A stretch of DNA of 64,000 bases from the human T2T-CHM13v2.0 reference genome, Homo sapiens. The stretch is taken from the NCBI RefSeq assembly GCF_009914755.1, contig NC_060948.1, one strand, 5' to 3'. Below, piece after piece: positions 1 to 14,058 of this stretch; the first letter of the stretch is position 1; the number at the start of each line of letters is the position of its first letter. The notes under the pieces are model-generated. The model saw only the letters and a program-made list of their open reading frames with translations, was not told where the DNA came from and made no database searches. The translations under genes and the position numbers were made by a program.

Positions 1-470
1 CTTTAAATATTCCATAGTGTATGTTACCTGCTCCCTATTTATTTTTCTCCTTTGTAGCCCCAAACATTGTCCCTCTCCGACATACACAATTTTTATTTAC
101 ATTTGTTTTCTCCCTTACATGTATCTTACATCATCTTTTCCCTTCTATACATTAGTTTAGGAAAGGAAGTTTTTGGTACAAATGATAATACTTGTGTCTT
201 TGTAGTGAGTTAGAAAAATATATAATTACATTTTAATGACTAAGGCATGAGATCCTTGGTGAGCCTGCTTGGATTGAGATATCAGAAAAACCACTTACTA
301 ATTATATAGCTGTAAAACGGGTTCACCTTGCCCCCTAACTAGACAGAGCCCATTTATAAAGACAGGGGAATTGCAGTGGAGAAGGAGTAATTTATGCAGA
401 CCTGGCCATGCAGGAGACCGGAAGTTTCTTTTTACTGATATCAGTCTTCCTGAGCATTAAGGGATCAGGG

Positions 471-820
471 TTTTGTTTTGTTTTGTTTTGTTTTTTGCTT
501 TTTTGTTTCATTTTGTTTTTTGTTTGCTTGTATGTTTTGAGATGAAGTCTTGCTTTGTCATCCCTGATGGAGTGCAGTGGCATGATCTAGACTTACTGTA
601 CCCTCTGCCTCCCAGGTTTAAGGGATTCTTGCACCTCAGCCTCCCAGGTAAGTGGGATTACAGGCATCCACTACATTGCTTTTTTTCCCCTTTGTATTTT
701 AAGTAGAGACAGACTTTCAGCATGTTGGCCTGGCTGGTCTCAAGCTTCTGGCCTCAAGTGGTCAGCATGCCTTGACCTCCCAAAGTGTTGGGATTATAGA
801 TGTGAGCCACTGCATCCAGC
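471..820 (-). mobile_element. Alu (diverged S/J) with (GTTTT)n tail
   Basis: Dimeric Alu on the minus strand; approximate TSD GGATCAG.G.TTT at ~462 and ~823. Confidence 0.93.
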
Positions 821-1139
821 AAGGATCAGAGCTTTTAAGGATAATTTGGCAGGCAGAGGCTCCAGAAGTGAGGAGTGCTAATTGGTCAAGTTGGAGATGG
901 AATCATGCAGGGTTTCAGTGTGATTTTCTTGCTGTCTTGTGTTCCTGGGTGGGATGGCAGAACTGGTGGAGCCAGATTAACTGTCTGAGTGGTGACAGCT
1001 GATCCATCTAGTGGAGGGTCTGCAAAATATCTCAAGCACTGATCTTAGGTTTTACAATAGTGATTTACCACTATGAGCAACTTGGGTAAGTTCAGGCTTT
1101 TGGAGCCAGAGGATATATGGCCTCCAAACTGTATTTTCT

Positions 1140-1941
1140 TTTCTTTTTTTTTTATTATTATACTTTAAGTTTTAGGGTACATGTGCACAATGTGCAGGTT
1201 AGTTACATATGTATACATGTGACATGCTGGTGCGCTGCACCCACTAACTCGTCATCTAGCATTAGGTATATCGCCTAATGCTATCCCTCCCCACTCCCCC
1301 CACCCCACAACAGTCCCCAGAGTGTGATGTTCCCCTTCCTGTGTCCATGTGATCTCATTGTTCAATTCCCATCTATGAGTGAGAATATGCAGTGTTTGCT
1401 TTTTTGTTCTTGCGATAGTTTACTGAGAATGATGATTTCCAATTTCATCCATGTCCCTACAAAGGACATGAACTCATCATTTTTTATGGCTGCATAGTAT
1501 TCCATGGTGGATATGTGCCACATTTTCTTAATCCAATCTATCATTTTTGGACATTTGGGTTGGTTCCAAGTCTTTGCTATTGTGAATAATGCCACAATAA
1601 ACATACATGTGCGTGTGTCTTTATAGCAGCATGATTTATAGTCCTTTGCGTATATACCCAGTAATGGGATGGCTGGGTCAAATGGTATTTCTAGTTCTAG
1701 ATCCCTGAGGAATGGCCACACTGACTTCCACAATGGTTGAACTAGTTTACAGTCCCACCAACAGTGTAAAAGTGTTCCTATTTCTCCACATCCTCTCCAG
1801 CACTTGTTGTTTCCTGACTTTTTAATGATCACCATTCTAACTGGTGTGAGATGGCATCTCAGTGTGGTTTTGATTTGCATTTCTCTGATGGCCAGTGATG
1901 GTGAGCATTTTTTCATGTGTTTTTTGGCTGCATACATGTCT
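1140..1941 (-). mobile_element. 5'-truncated L1PA2/L1PA3 (ORF2 C-terminus and 3'UTR)
   Basis: ORF 1362-1937 encodes the L1 ORF2 Cys-rich C-terminus; 3'UTR has GAG at the diagnostic position (not the L1HS-Ta ACA); poly-T at ~1140. Confidence 0.95.
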
Positions 1942-3748
1942 TCTAATCTTGTAGCTAATTTGTTAATCCTAAAAAGGCAGAATGGTCCCAGGCAAAAAGC
2001 ATTCTTTGTTCATGAAAGTGCTATTACCAATTTTGTTTCAGGGTCAAACCATAAACTGAATTCCTTCCCAAGACTAGGTTGACCTACACCCCGAAATGAA
2101 CAAGGACACCTTAAAGATGAGAAGCAAGATGGAGCTGGTTAGGTCCGATCTCTTTCACTGTCATAATTTCCTCAGTTATAGCTTTTGCAAAGGCAGCTTC
2201 AGTGAGATGAAAATTTAATGTTGTAAGACTCGATTTTCTCATTCATGAGTTGAAGTAACACCAGTGCCACAGAGGTTGATAGGTAGTTGTTAAGTGAACA
2301 GAGTACTTATTGACTGTTTCAGTTAGTCACTGTATAAAAAGTAAACAAATAGGAGCCAAGCTAAGCATTGATTGTGATACTATTTCTAATGGAGCAAACT
2401 GTAGTAGTAGCAGGATTTACTTGAATCCATTAAAATTCATAATTATAAAATATGCTACAATGATTTGGCCATAATATTATGCCAGAGGTCCCATTTAAAA
2501 TGTTATATTAGCTTAGGGAGAATATCTATCTTTGCATTTGATTTTAAGAACTAAGCTCTTCATTTTTTGCATAACTGACAAAAAATCCTAATGTTTTGAA
2601 TGTCAGTATGTATATGTGGCAGTAGGAAAAGTAAAACACATAGTCAACCATGCAGTTCTGTCTCAAACTATATAGATTTTGTAATAAACACATTACACAT
2701 GTTGTGGAGAAATAAAAGCGTTCACTTAAGTTGACCTTAAAATTTGCCCCTTCTTCTTGCAATAGTTTAATTTATTGAGTTTCTACAATACTCTATGATG
2801 ACTCTTAATTAAACCTATTGTACAAAAAATGGATAATATTGCTGCATTTCAAAAATTGTCAGGGAACAGGGCTGTATCTATTCCCTTGTTGGCTAGAATA
2901 AGTTTCATTTTAACTTCCAGGATACTTCTTACAGAATTGAGCAATCATTACGAAGCGTTCTTAAAATTAAAAGGATGTAGCATTGTTACTGAGTTATATT
3001 GTGTAGGCAAATAGCTTTTCAGAATCATATTTGTTGGTTGTAGCTTTGAGCTACTATTTCATTATGTAGCTAGATAGCTTTTTGGTCATTATATTTCAGT
3101 TTTCTTTTATCTTTGGATTGAAAATATAATAAAGAGGCAAATATGCAATGGGACCTTCTAGATTACAATTATATAATTATGTGTATTATATATAAAAGGA
3201 TCAAGTGTGCTTTTATTATAATATGAAAGAATGCATGATTAACAAGTAGAAATTTTATCTTTCTTTTTAGGTTGTTCAAAGTCAATGTCTGAATTTATCA
3301 GAAATAGGGATGCATAATACTTTATAGCTTATAGTCAATACATGTAATTTTGGCCCGGAATGAAGAGGTAGGAAGAACAAACCAAATGAACCAGAGGAGA
3401 TAATTTATGTAGGCCAAAGGCAATTACCTGAGTGCATGTTTCCCTTTTGGTAGAATGGCACAATGTCTTTGAAGTGCTTTGCCTTTGATAGAATGGCACC
3501 TTCATTCCCTTTGTTAGTATGGAACAATGTCTTTATTAAAGACAACAACAAAAAAAGTTAGCTTAGAAAACTTAATGAATAAAGATAATTTAATAAATAA
3601 AATTAGATATTCCCAAAACCAAATCCCAAAGCCAAATATGTGTCTATAGAAAGAGGAATTCTAATCTGAATGCTTCACTTCTCAGGATCTACAAGAACCA
3701 CATTATTTTCTAATAGAATCAATGTTAGAACTGAGAGGCACTTCGTGG

Positions 3749-4473
3749 TGTTTAAGCAAAGTAAATACAGCCTGAGAAGGACTCTTCATTTCTGTATTTG
3801 AGTCCTTGTGGATGAACTGCAACCTAACTTAATAGGTAGACAAGATTGAAAACCTAACATAGAAGTACGCATCTGTAACAATAGCTCAGTGTTGGCCAAT
3901 CCCAGTGGAGATCCTTCAGCCACTTATAGACTGCTGAATGTTCAAACTACTTTCACATAAGGCAAATGCCAACCTGTAACTAATCCAGTTGTTCTGTACC
4001 TCATTTCCAATTTCTGTGGGTCACTTCAATTTTTTTTTTTTTTGGTCAATAAATTTGTTCTGACCATAAGACACCCATGGAGTATCTCTGAATCTTCTGT
4101 GATTCTGTGGGCTGCCTGATTTGCAAATCCTTCATTTCTCAGTTAAACTCTTGTATATTTAATTTGGCTGAAGTTTTTCTTTCTTTTTTTAAATTATATT
4201 TTAAGTTCTAGGGTACATGTATACATGTGCCAAGTTGGTGTGCTGAATTCATTAACTCGTCATTTACATTAGGTATATCTCCTAATGCTATCCCTCCCCC
4301 CTCCTCCCACCCCACAACAGGCCCTGGTGTGTGATGTTCCCTTTCCTGTGTCCAAGTGTTCTCATTGTTCATTTCCCACCTATGAGTGAAAATATTCGTT
4401 GTTAGGGTTTTGTCCCTGTGATAGTCAGCTGAGAATGATGGTTTCCAGCTTTATCCAAGTTTTTCTTTTAACA
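3749..4473 (+). mobile_element. MER57-type solo LTR (ERV1), interrupted near its 3' end by an L1 fragment
   Basis: TG...ACA termini with a perfect 4-bp TSD GTGG (3745-3748, 4474-4477); CCTGAGAAGGACTC...GAGTCCTTGTGGATGAACTGCAACC motif. Confidence 0.8.
4183..4456 (-). mobile_element. Short L1PA (about PA5-7) 3' end
   Basis: L1 3'UTR; 12-bp TSD AAGTTTTTCTTT at 4171-4182 and 4457-4468. Confidence 0.92.
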
Positions 4474-5440
4474 GTGGATTGGCTGGTTGAGGGTTCCTTG
4501 TCTTTGTTTGAGATAGACATAATATTCAGACTGGGCAAAGCTGTGATCATCTCACTGAAAAAAAATCATACATGCATATATGGATCATTAAAAGGTCCCT
4601 TTAAAGATAATTCATGGAATGGCATCCAAATGATAAAGTCAATCTATCAATTGATTTTGGAATTCAGCAATCCAAATGCCAGGAAAATGAGCTGTGTACA
4701 AACTGACAGTCAGTCAGTGACAATGCCAGAGACTGATCTGTTTTACTGTAACAAAGTCTTTCTATGATGCAATATTACCTCCTTTCATTATAATGTTTTA
4801 AATAATGATTTTGAAAATATTCTCATTGTAACATGTAGAAGCTGTAAAAGAGCTCTCTTCTTTTTCTCTTCTCTCTTCCCCACATCTGGCCAGTTCATGT
4901 ATCTTTGCCTCTTAGCAAGAGAGAATGGATCTCTGGAATTTGGAAGATTCTTTTTTCTTTTTAATGCTTACATTTATTTTGAAGAGTGGGCATATTCTAT
5001 CATAGATTTATCTTGAGAATGGGGTGTCCCGAAGATGCCTTAGTCCTTTTTGCTGTTCTGTGTTGTTTTTGGAGGAAATATTGGGAGATGTATTGACAAC
5101 TTTCTCCCATTGGTAAGTAGTGAATTTGTAGTTGTTGCTTCTTTGATGGTGTTATTAGAAAAAATGTGCCTTAATTGCTAAGCTTTCAACTTTACATTTT
5201 ATTTGGATGCTGTTTTATTTGTATTTACTAGTGGAGATAGGCTTTGCCTTGGAAGCTAAGTACTGATTTTTATTCAAGTTTCACTGGTATTTTAAAGAGT
5301 AGATTTGTTTATTGAGGCTTATTATTGGAGGTTAAACACTAGCTTTGTTTCATTTATTGCTTTTTAAAAGTAATATTCAATTTATTCAAACATATCTAGC
5401 ATTTATTGAGAAAATAAATATTTAAATTAACTCTTGGAGA

Positions 5441-5620
5441 ATCTATCTATCCATCTTTCAAGTATCTATCATCAATCAATTAATCAATAACTCTATCATC
5501 TATCTTTCCTATCTCTCATCTATCAATCATCTATCAATCATCTATCTCTTTTGTCCATCTGTATCATCTATCTTCATATGTAACACCTATTTATTAATCT
5601 ATCTATGTAAATAATCAATC
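5441..5620. repeat. Degenerate (TCTA)n/(TCAA)n tetranucleotide repeat
   Basis: Repeated ATCT/ATCA units; a second patch at ~6061-6140. Confidence 0.85.
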
Positions 5621-6478
5621 ATTTTTCTGAAGCATTTCAAAATAAGTTGTAGAAATAATGCTTTTTATCCCTAAGGACATCCATAGATGTCTTTCTCATT
5701 TTATACAAATACATGATGATTTATGGTGTATATACACCCTTTTTAGTAAACATAATCTCCTATAGTCAGTTATTTATAAAACTTTCTATATTTTGCAATT
5801 ACAGACAATGTAGGACTATGTAACTTTGTAAATATGTATATTTGAATTTATGAGGGTATGTTTTCAATGGTAATTTCCCAGAAGTGAGACTGTTGGTGAG
5901 GGGTAAAACTACATGTAGCCCTCGAAAAAATTGTTAAATCCTCTTCTATAAACATTGCCCATTTTTAATTAGTACTCTCTGTATATGTGCAAGATATGTT
6001 CCACTAGCCTCAAGAATGTGTCAAGCTTTTTAATTTTTCTCATTTAATAATTGAGAAATTGTATCTATTATCTATCTATCTACCTATCTGTCTACCTATG
6101 TATCCATCTATACATGCATCCATTCAGCTATCTATCATCTAATTGCATTGGGACTTTGCATCATTTTTAAAAGATTCCTACATATCCAGGTTTTAGAAAT
6201 ATTTTTCATTTTTATTGATAAAATTATACATTTTCAAATTTTTCCACATGACTTATCATTCATTTGGATTTTGTTTTTGTGCATCATGTGGGGTAGGGAA
6301 TCTATTTGATTCCAGTTTCCCAAAAGTATAATGAACTCTCTATTGTTTGGCAATGTCATCATTTTGTTTGTTAAATTTCCATGTGTGGTTGGATGTATTT
6401 CTGGACTTTTTATTATATTGAACTCATTTGTCACTGCATATTTGTAACACTATAATATTTTACTTAAAGATGGTTGTC

Positions 6479-6780
<302 letters not shown>

Positions 6781-7369
6781 ATAGAGGGTTGTCAATAAGT
6801 TTCAATATGTGGTAGGGCTAGTATCCTTACATAGAACTGCTTGTCAGGTCCTCCGTGGTTCTGTTTAGCACATTGAAACTCTACAGGCACTGGTAAGCAT
6901 TCCTTTTTTCTTTACTGCCAAGGTTAGTTAAAATTTAATCTTGCTAGTGCAAATGCAAGGGTGCAAATTGCCCAGAGGTTTGAAGAAGTGCAACATTCTA
7001 TGTTGGAGAATTATCTCCTAGGGCCCATACCTAGGCCAGTTACCCATTTGTTGCTGACTCAAGCCCTTGGCTAGAACACTGTGTTTTCTCAATAGCATTT
7101 ATGTGACTCTTTCCTTTGTTTTTTTTTCTGTTAGCATTAGACAATTTCTTGAAAAAGGCATAAAGTTTCAATGTTGGAATTTTGGATGTTCCAAATATTG
7201 AATTCCAATGAAGGAATTCAAGGCAAGTCCATTACTTTAGCTAACTTGGCTCAACTTAATCCACAAAATGATTTTCTATTGAATTATATTGCATCATTTA
7301 TATGTGTACAAAGAGCGGTCTTATGGGAAATTGACATCAATCAATATGGCATGGCTCTTTCTATCATTT

Positions 7370-7690
7370 TTGACTCAAAAGTGTATATATTCATGAGGTA
7401 CAATATGATGTCTTTATATATGTATGTATTGTGGAATAATAATATTGAGGTAGTTATCATATCTATTACTTCACAGTCTTATACTTTTGTGTTGAGAACA
7501 GCAAACGTCTACTCTCTTAACAATTTTGAAGTGATACAAAACATAGTTATTAATTCTAATTATTATATTGTAACGTATATCTTTTGACAGTATTCCCTTA
7601 GTCTAATTGAAATTTTCTATCGTTTAGTCAATATTTCCCCAATTCTCTAACCCCAATCCCATCACACCTGGTAATTACCATTCTGTTTTA
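7370..7690 (-). mobile_element. Old L1M(A) 3' end fragment
   Basis: Resembles the antisense L1MA 3'UTR (TATATTCATGAGGTACAATATGATG...CCTGGTAATTACCATTCT). Confidence 0.65.
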
Positions 7691-8221
7691 TTTTATTTTT
7701 TTCTAATTTCAGTTCTCATTTTCCCTTTTTAGTTCCATCAAGAACACAGTCATAGCAATACACCAAATTCAGGCTCCACATAATACGAAAATTCACATAT
7801 ACTTGGCATAGTCCTTATACATTCATATTTGTGTATCCTTACATGATTGGTAACCAACAGCCTGACTTAGAAGTTTAAAGAAAAATAAAAACTCTAAGGC
7901 ATCTCTAATGTAAAGCATTTCTTGCTTTGGTGGAAAGACGGCAAAAATGTAATCAGGTTAAAAATAACAGATCATGTTAATAATAGCTCATAGAAAATTG
8001 CAGGCCTTTGTTTTGCTTTGTAGGCAGTCCTCTCTAAAGTCTGTGTTCAAATCATTAGCTGTCAGTTCAGCACGGCTGATCCTTTGCTGACTCATCTCCA
8101 GTGCTGACCTTCACTAACAAAGCATGACGTCGTTGCGTCTTTGCCGCCATACTAGCTTCAGCTAAGCTGAGGCATATAATGGACAGTTATCTTCTGAAAG
8201 GAAAGCAATGGCCTGACTTCC

Positions 8222-8243
8222 ATGTGTGTGTATATATATATGC

Positions 8244-8282
<39 letters not shown>

Positions 8283-8578
8283 TACACATATATATGTATT
8301 TTTTTTTTTGAGATGGAGTCTTCTTTCTCTGTCACCCAGGCTGGAGTGCGGTGGCATGATCTCAGCTCACTGCAAGCTCCACTGCCTGGGTTCATGTCAT
8401 TCTCCTGCCTCAACCTCCCTGTAGCTAGGACTACAGGTGCCCACCACAACACCTGGCTAATTTTTTGTATTTTTAATAGAGATGAGGTTTCACAGTATTA
8501 TCCAGTATGGTCTCGATCTCCTGACCTTGTGATCAGCTCACCTTGGCCTCTCAAAGTGCTGGGATTACAGGCATGAGT
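8222..8578 (-). mobile_element. AluY-like element with (TG)(TA)(CA) microsatellite at the tail; first ~15 nt missing
   Basis: GCAAGCTCC and TCTCGATCTCCTGACCTTGTGATC AluY diagnostics. Confidence 0.92.
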
Positions 8579-8767
8579 ATTTTTTCAAAGATTATAATAT
8601 GAGTATTTTTTCAAAGATTATAATAAGATATTCAATCACTTTTTTATGAAGGAATGGATCTAATAAAAGGCTTTCATATGAAATTTGGGAGTGCTCTTTT
8701 TCTGAACACCTTCTACACCTAACTAAAAATAGTTGTGCTGAGCCTTATTTGATTCCTTCAGTCTTCT

Positions 8768-9323
8768 TGTTACCTGAAAAGGTTCCGAATCCAGAACCCC
8801 AAGAGTGGGTTCTTAGATCTTGCACAAGAAATTCAAGGCAAGTCCATAGAGTAAAGTGAAAGCAAGTTTATTAAGAAAGTAGAGAAATAAAAGGATGACT
8901 ACTCCATACACAGAGCAGCTGTGAGAGCTACTAGTTGCCTACTTTTATGGTGATTTCTTGATCATATGCTAAACAAGGGGTGGATTATTTATGCCTCTCC
9001 TTTTTAGACCATATAAGGTAACTTCCGGATGTTCCTGTTGTATTTGTAACGTGTCATGGTGCACGTGGTAGTGTAGCAGTGAGGATGGACCTCCATAGGT
9101 CACTGTTTGTCACCATCTTGATTTTAGTGGGTTTTGGCCGGCTTCTTTACTGCATTCTGATTTATAAGCCAGCTTTTCATGAGTTTTATCTTGTGCTTAC
9201 CTCCTGTCTCATCCTGTGACTTAGAATACTTAACCATCTGGGAATGTAGCCTAATTGGTTTCAGCCTTATTTTACCCAGCCCCTATTCAAGATGGAGTTG
9301 CTCTGGTTCACATGCATCTGACA
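8768..9323 (-). mobile_element. MER41A-type solo LTR
   Basis: Reverse complement begins TGTCAGA...GAACCAGAGCAACTCCATCTTGAATAGGGGCTGGGTAAAA; lacks the ~43-bp GAS-containing block of MER41B. Confidence 0.88.
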
Positions 9324-9627
9324 CTCTAAAGTGTTTCTAGTTGAGAAACAAGCAAACAAACAAAAACTACTTCTCTACACAGAAAATTAAAGGTTATTTT
9401 AGTTTTCTTTAAAATTAAAGTATTAGAGCATCATGTGTACTTTTTCTATCACCTTATTAATAGTGCTAAAATTCTCATTATAGTCATATTATTTTAATGT
9501 CATCACTATTAAAAATAGAGTGTAAGTCCATTGACTCTTCTCATTATTCTGTTCAGCCAAATAAATTGAATGGGGTATCATATCATCTGAAAATATTTGT
9601 TTAGAGCAAGAATTTACTAATTTTTCT

Positions 9628-9998
9628 GAAAACTTCTTTTTCTGGAAAGAGATAGATGTTAAATCTTTTGGGCTTTGAGTACCTTGTCAATGATGACCCA
9701 TGGAACAAAAGCAGCCACCAAAAATATGTCAATGAATGGATATGACTGTGTTTCAGTAATTTCTTTGTCTCTCTCTTTCTTTTTTCTGATGAGATGGGGT
9801 CTTCTTGTGTTGCCCAGGCTGGTCTCAAACTCCTAGCCTTAAGTTATCCTCCTGCCTTGTCCTCCCAAACTGTTGGCCTCCATGCCCAGGCCTTACAAAA
9901 TTTTATTTAAAGACACTGAAATTTGAATCTCATATAATTTTGCATGTCATGAAATACAGTTATTTTGAATTTTTCTTTTCAAACATTTGAAAATGTAA
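9628..9998 (+). mobile_element. MER58B-like hAT-Charlie DNA transposon fossil, interrupted by an Alu monomer (9765-9892, minus)
   Basis: AAAGCAGCCA...GACACTGAAATTTGAAT.TCATATAATTTT motif; a few more bases resume at ~11122-11151. Confidence 0.7.
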
Positions 9999-11122
9999 GA
10001 GAAAGAGAACACTTTTACACTGTTGATGGTAATGTATACTAGTACAGCCACTATGCAAAACAGTATGGAGATTCCTTAAAAAACTAAAAGTAGATATGCC
10101 ATTTGATCCAGCAGTCCAATTTCTAGCTATCTACCCAGAAGAAAATAAGGTGTTATATGAAAAAGATACTTAAACTCACATGCTTATAGCAGCATAATTC
10201 GCAATTACAAAAATTTGGAACCAGCTCAAATGCCCATTAATCAATAAGTGGATAAAGAAAATGTGGTATATATTGTGAACCCTGAATATCTGAGACAGGC
10301 CTCAGTCAATTTAAAGAAGTTTATTTTGACAAAGTTAAGGACACAAGCCCATGACACAGCCTTAGGTGGTCCTGAAGACATGTGCCCAAGGTGGTCTGAA
10401 CAAAGTTTGGTTTTATACATGAGACATGAGACGTCAATCAATAACGTACAGTGAACATTTGTTTGGAAAGGTGAGACAACTCAAAGAAAAGACAGGGCAA
10501 CTCAAAGTGTAGAGGGGCATTCCAGGTGATAGGTAGATAAGAGACAAATGGTTGCATTCTGTTGAGTTAATTTCTGATTAGCCTTTCCAAAGGAAGCAAT
10601 CAGATATGCATTTATCTCAGTAAGCAGTGGGATGAGTTTGAATAGACTTGGAAGCAGCTTTGCCATAAGCAGTTCTTAGCTTGAGTTTTCCATTTTGCTT
10701 AGTGATTTGGGTTTATTAAGATTTATTTTCCTTTCACAATATATATGATGGAATACTACTCAGCCATAAAAAGAAATTAATGGCATTTGCAGCAACCTGG
10801 ATGGGACTGGAGATCATTAATCTAAAGGGAAGTAACTCAGAAAGGGAAAATCAAACATTGTACATTCTCACTCATAAATGAGAGCTAAGCTGTGATGACA
10901 CAGGGCATAAGACTGATAAAAATGACTTTGGGGACCTGGTGAAAAAGGTTGGAAGGCAGGTGAGGGATAAAAGACTACAAATTGGGTATAGTGTATACTG
11001 CTCAGATGATGGGTGCACCAAAATCTCAGAAATCACCACTAAAGAACTTATTAAAGTAACCAAACCCCACCTATTCCCCCCAAAACTTACTACAATAAAA
11101 AATGATTACCAAAAAAAAAAAA
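9999..11122 (+). mobile_element. L1PB 3' fragment interrupted by MER4A
   Basis: GTGAGGGATAAAAGACTACAAATTGGG...GGGTGCACCAAAATCTCA L1PB 3'UTR, then poly-A. Confidence 0.88.
10274..10738 (-). mobile_element. MER4A-type solo LTR
   Basis: Reverse complement begins TGTGAAAGGAAAATAAATC; 4-bp TSD ATAT on both sides. Confidence 0.88.
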
Positions 11123-11151
11123 AAGTAAAAGAAAACTTGTAGTCTTCTAGG

Positions 11152-11660
11152 TGATCAGAAACCAACACCCTAAAATATGGCACTTTGACATGCAGCACTG
11201 AAGAAGCCTCAAGGTCTGTCTGATCTTCCTCCTCACCCTTCACCATATCTCTTAAAGAAGCTGAAGATCCAGGCCCCACAAGGAGAACAAGTCTTTTCTC
11301 TCTTCCTTTTTACCTCATTGTCTATTGCAGAAAAAAATACCAAGATGTAACCACAGTTGAGCGGATCTTTTTACCTTTAAAATGAGTGTCTATAAGGTCC
11401 ATTTACTTTCCAACAAAAAACTACTTACAAGTTAATCAAGTAGTTCCCTGATCCAATCATTCTCCCTAGCAATCATTTATTGTTCCTCACTGGAATTCCT
11501 CTTCTCCCCATTCCATTACCTGTTTTACTGGGATCCAACACTCCATTCTTTCTGTAACCTCAGGAAGGTATATAAGCTTTGAACTTTATTGGGAGGTTGG
11601 GTCTTCATTCTGAAGGCTCCTGTGTCTTCACATTAAACCAATTATTATGCCTTTTCTTGC
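11152..11660 (+). mobile_element. ERV1 LTR of the MER34/MER39/LTR48-49 group (subfamily uncertain)
   Basis: ACCCTAAAATATGGCACTTTGACAT start, TATAAGCT TATA region; homologous to the LTR at 38908-39498. Confidence 0.6.
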
Positions 11661-12600
11661 TCTTAAAAGAAAAACTTCAGCTGAATTAATTTCAAAGGAG
11701 TTTGAGCAATGAATGATTCAAGAATCTGACAGCCTCTAGAATCACAGCAGATTCAGAGACTCCAGGGATACCAATCTGTGGGATATGCTAAGGTTTCTCT
11801 TCAAATAGCCTGATTAGTCCTTTATTCTGAAATCCACAGTACCCCTCCACCTCCATTTTCTTCTCTTTTCGTTTCTTTCTGCCTTTGCTACATGACCAGG
11901 CATGCCACAGCATCCGGAGCTTATCAGTACTAGCTCACATTCGTTTCCATATTTGGGAAGTAAAGTAGCTCCCTAGCTCATCAGAGATGACCTCTTCCCC
12001 CTCTCCCTTCTCTCCCTTATGTGCCCAACTTATCTAAGAAAAAATTCAAATGTTTAGCCATTTGGGTCTAGCTTAGATTTTGTGGTTCGAACTCAGCCAA
12101 TGGGGAAAGGGCACGGGGGCACTGTTTGCATCAAGGATAAAAACTTTCATTGTTCTTTGTTCTATGTGCTCTCGTGGTGACTGGCCAAAAAGAAGCACCC
12201 CTCTATGCAGAAGTAAACTTGCTTTGCTGAGAAATTCTTTTTCTGACTGCTCGTTTCCTTAAGACTCCAAACTGTATTTCCAATACAAGTGATCAGAACA
12301 AACTTATATAGAAAAAAAGTGGGGGAATGTGATGTACAGAAGTCAGCATGAGGTACAGAAACAGCTAGATTAATTACAGGTTGCATTGGCCTTATTCGAA
12401 CACAGTGAACACTTTGGAGCCTATGAGAGGTTGAAGTATGGCCACTGGGATTGGTCGAGACTCAGCTATTGTTACAGGTTCATCTTTCCATGTTAAATAT
12501 TCCAACTTGTCTGCCGATTATGCTAGGTTACAATTCATCCACAAGGACTCAAATACAGAAGTGTGGATTCCTTCTCCAGACATTTTAGTTTGCTTTATCA
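11661..12600 (-). mobile_element. MER57-type solo LTR interrupted by LTR10
   Basis: Inverted homolog of 3749-4473; approximate TSD TTGC/TTGT. Confidence 0.82.
11777..12285 (+). mobile_element. LTR10-family (HERV-I) solo LTR
   Basis: TGTGGGATATG...AGGTTTCTCTTCAAATAGCCTGAT start, CCAAT box and GATAAAAA, p53-like decamer pair. Confidence 0.65.
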
Positions 12601-12852
12601 TTGTATTAATCAATACACGGGAGAATGCATGGCTCATTGTAAAATTAAATTGAAGGAAAGTAATAAGTAACAAGTAAAGATCTGGATGCTGTCCACCCAG
12701 GGAGAAAGTGCATCTGGGTGCATGAATGTGATGAGCAGATTTAGTTTCCTTCAGTGCAAAACAATTTGATGCATAAAACATGATTTTAGACTTTGTTTTC
12801 TTTTGAAAGTTGTAAGCTACAATTATTAACGCAGATGATGTGAATAAATTAA

Positions 12853-13260
<408 letters not shown>

Positions 13261-13263
13261 TAA

Positions 13264-13686
<423 letters not shown>

Positions 13687-13689
13687 TGA

Positions 13690-14058
<369 letters not shown>

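Larger units (their letters stand above)
311..2201 (-). mobile_element. LTR8-type solo LTR (ERV1/MER4 group), interrupted by an Alu and an L1 3' fragment
   Basis: Reverse complement of 2120-2201 (TGAAGCTGCCTTTGCAAAAG...ACAGTGAAAGAGATC...CCATCTTGCTTCT) matches the LTR8 start; 311-470 matches the LTR8 3' end. Confidence 0.8.

Noticed and set aside
1140-1941. Human-specific L1HS-Ta insertion
   Set aside because: Has GAG rather than ACA and TTAAAG rather than TTAGAG at the 3'UTR diagnostics
3443-3535. Short direct repeats (TAGAATGGCAC x2, ACAATGTCTTT x2); also CAAGTACC repeats at ~59332
   Set aside because: Too short and isolated to distinguish from ordinary slippage duplications
7171-7587. 138-aa ORF as a host gene
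   Set aside because: No recognisable domain; its second half is old antisense L1 3'UTR
8162-8576. ORFs with [16 protein letters not shown]-type peptides (also near 37260, 43157, 50166, 52879, 53561, 60345)
   Set aside because: Standard Alu translation artefacts
11151-12298. GTGATCAGAA direct repeat as a TSD
   Set aside because: The second copy is internal MER57 sequence, so the match is coincidental
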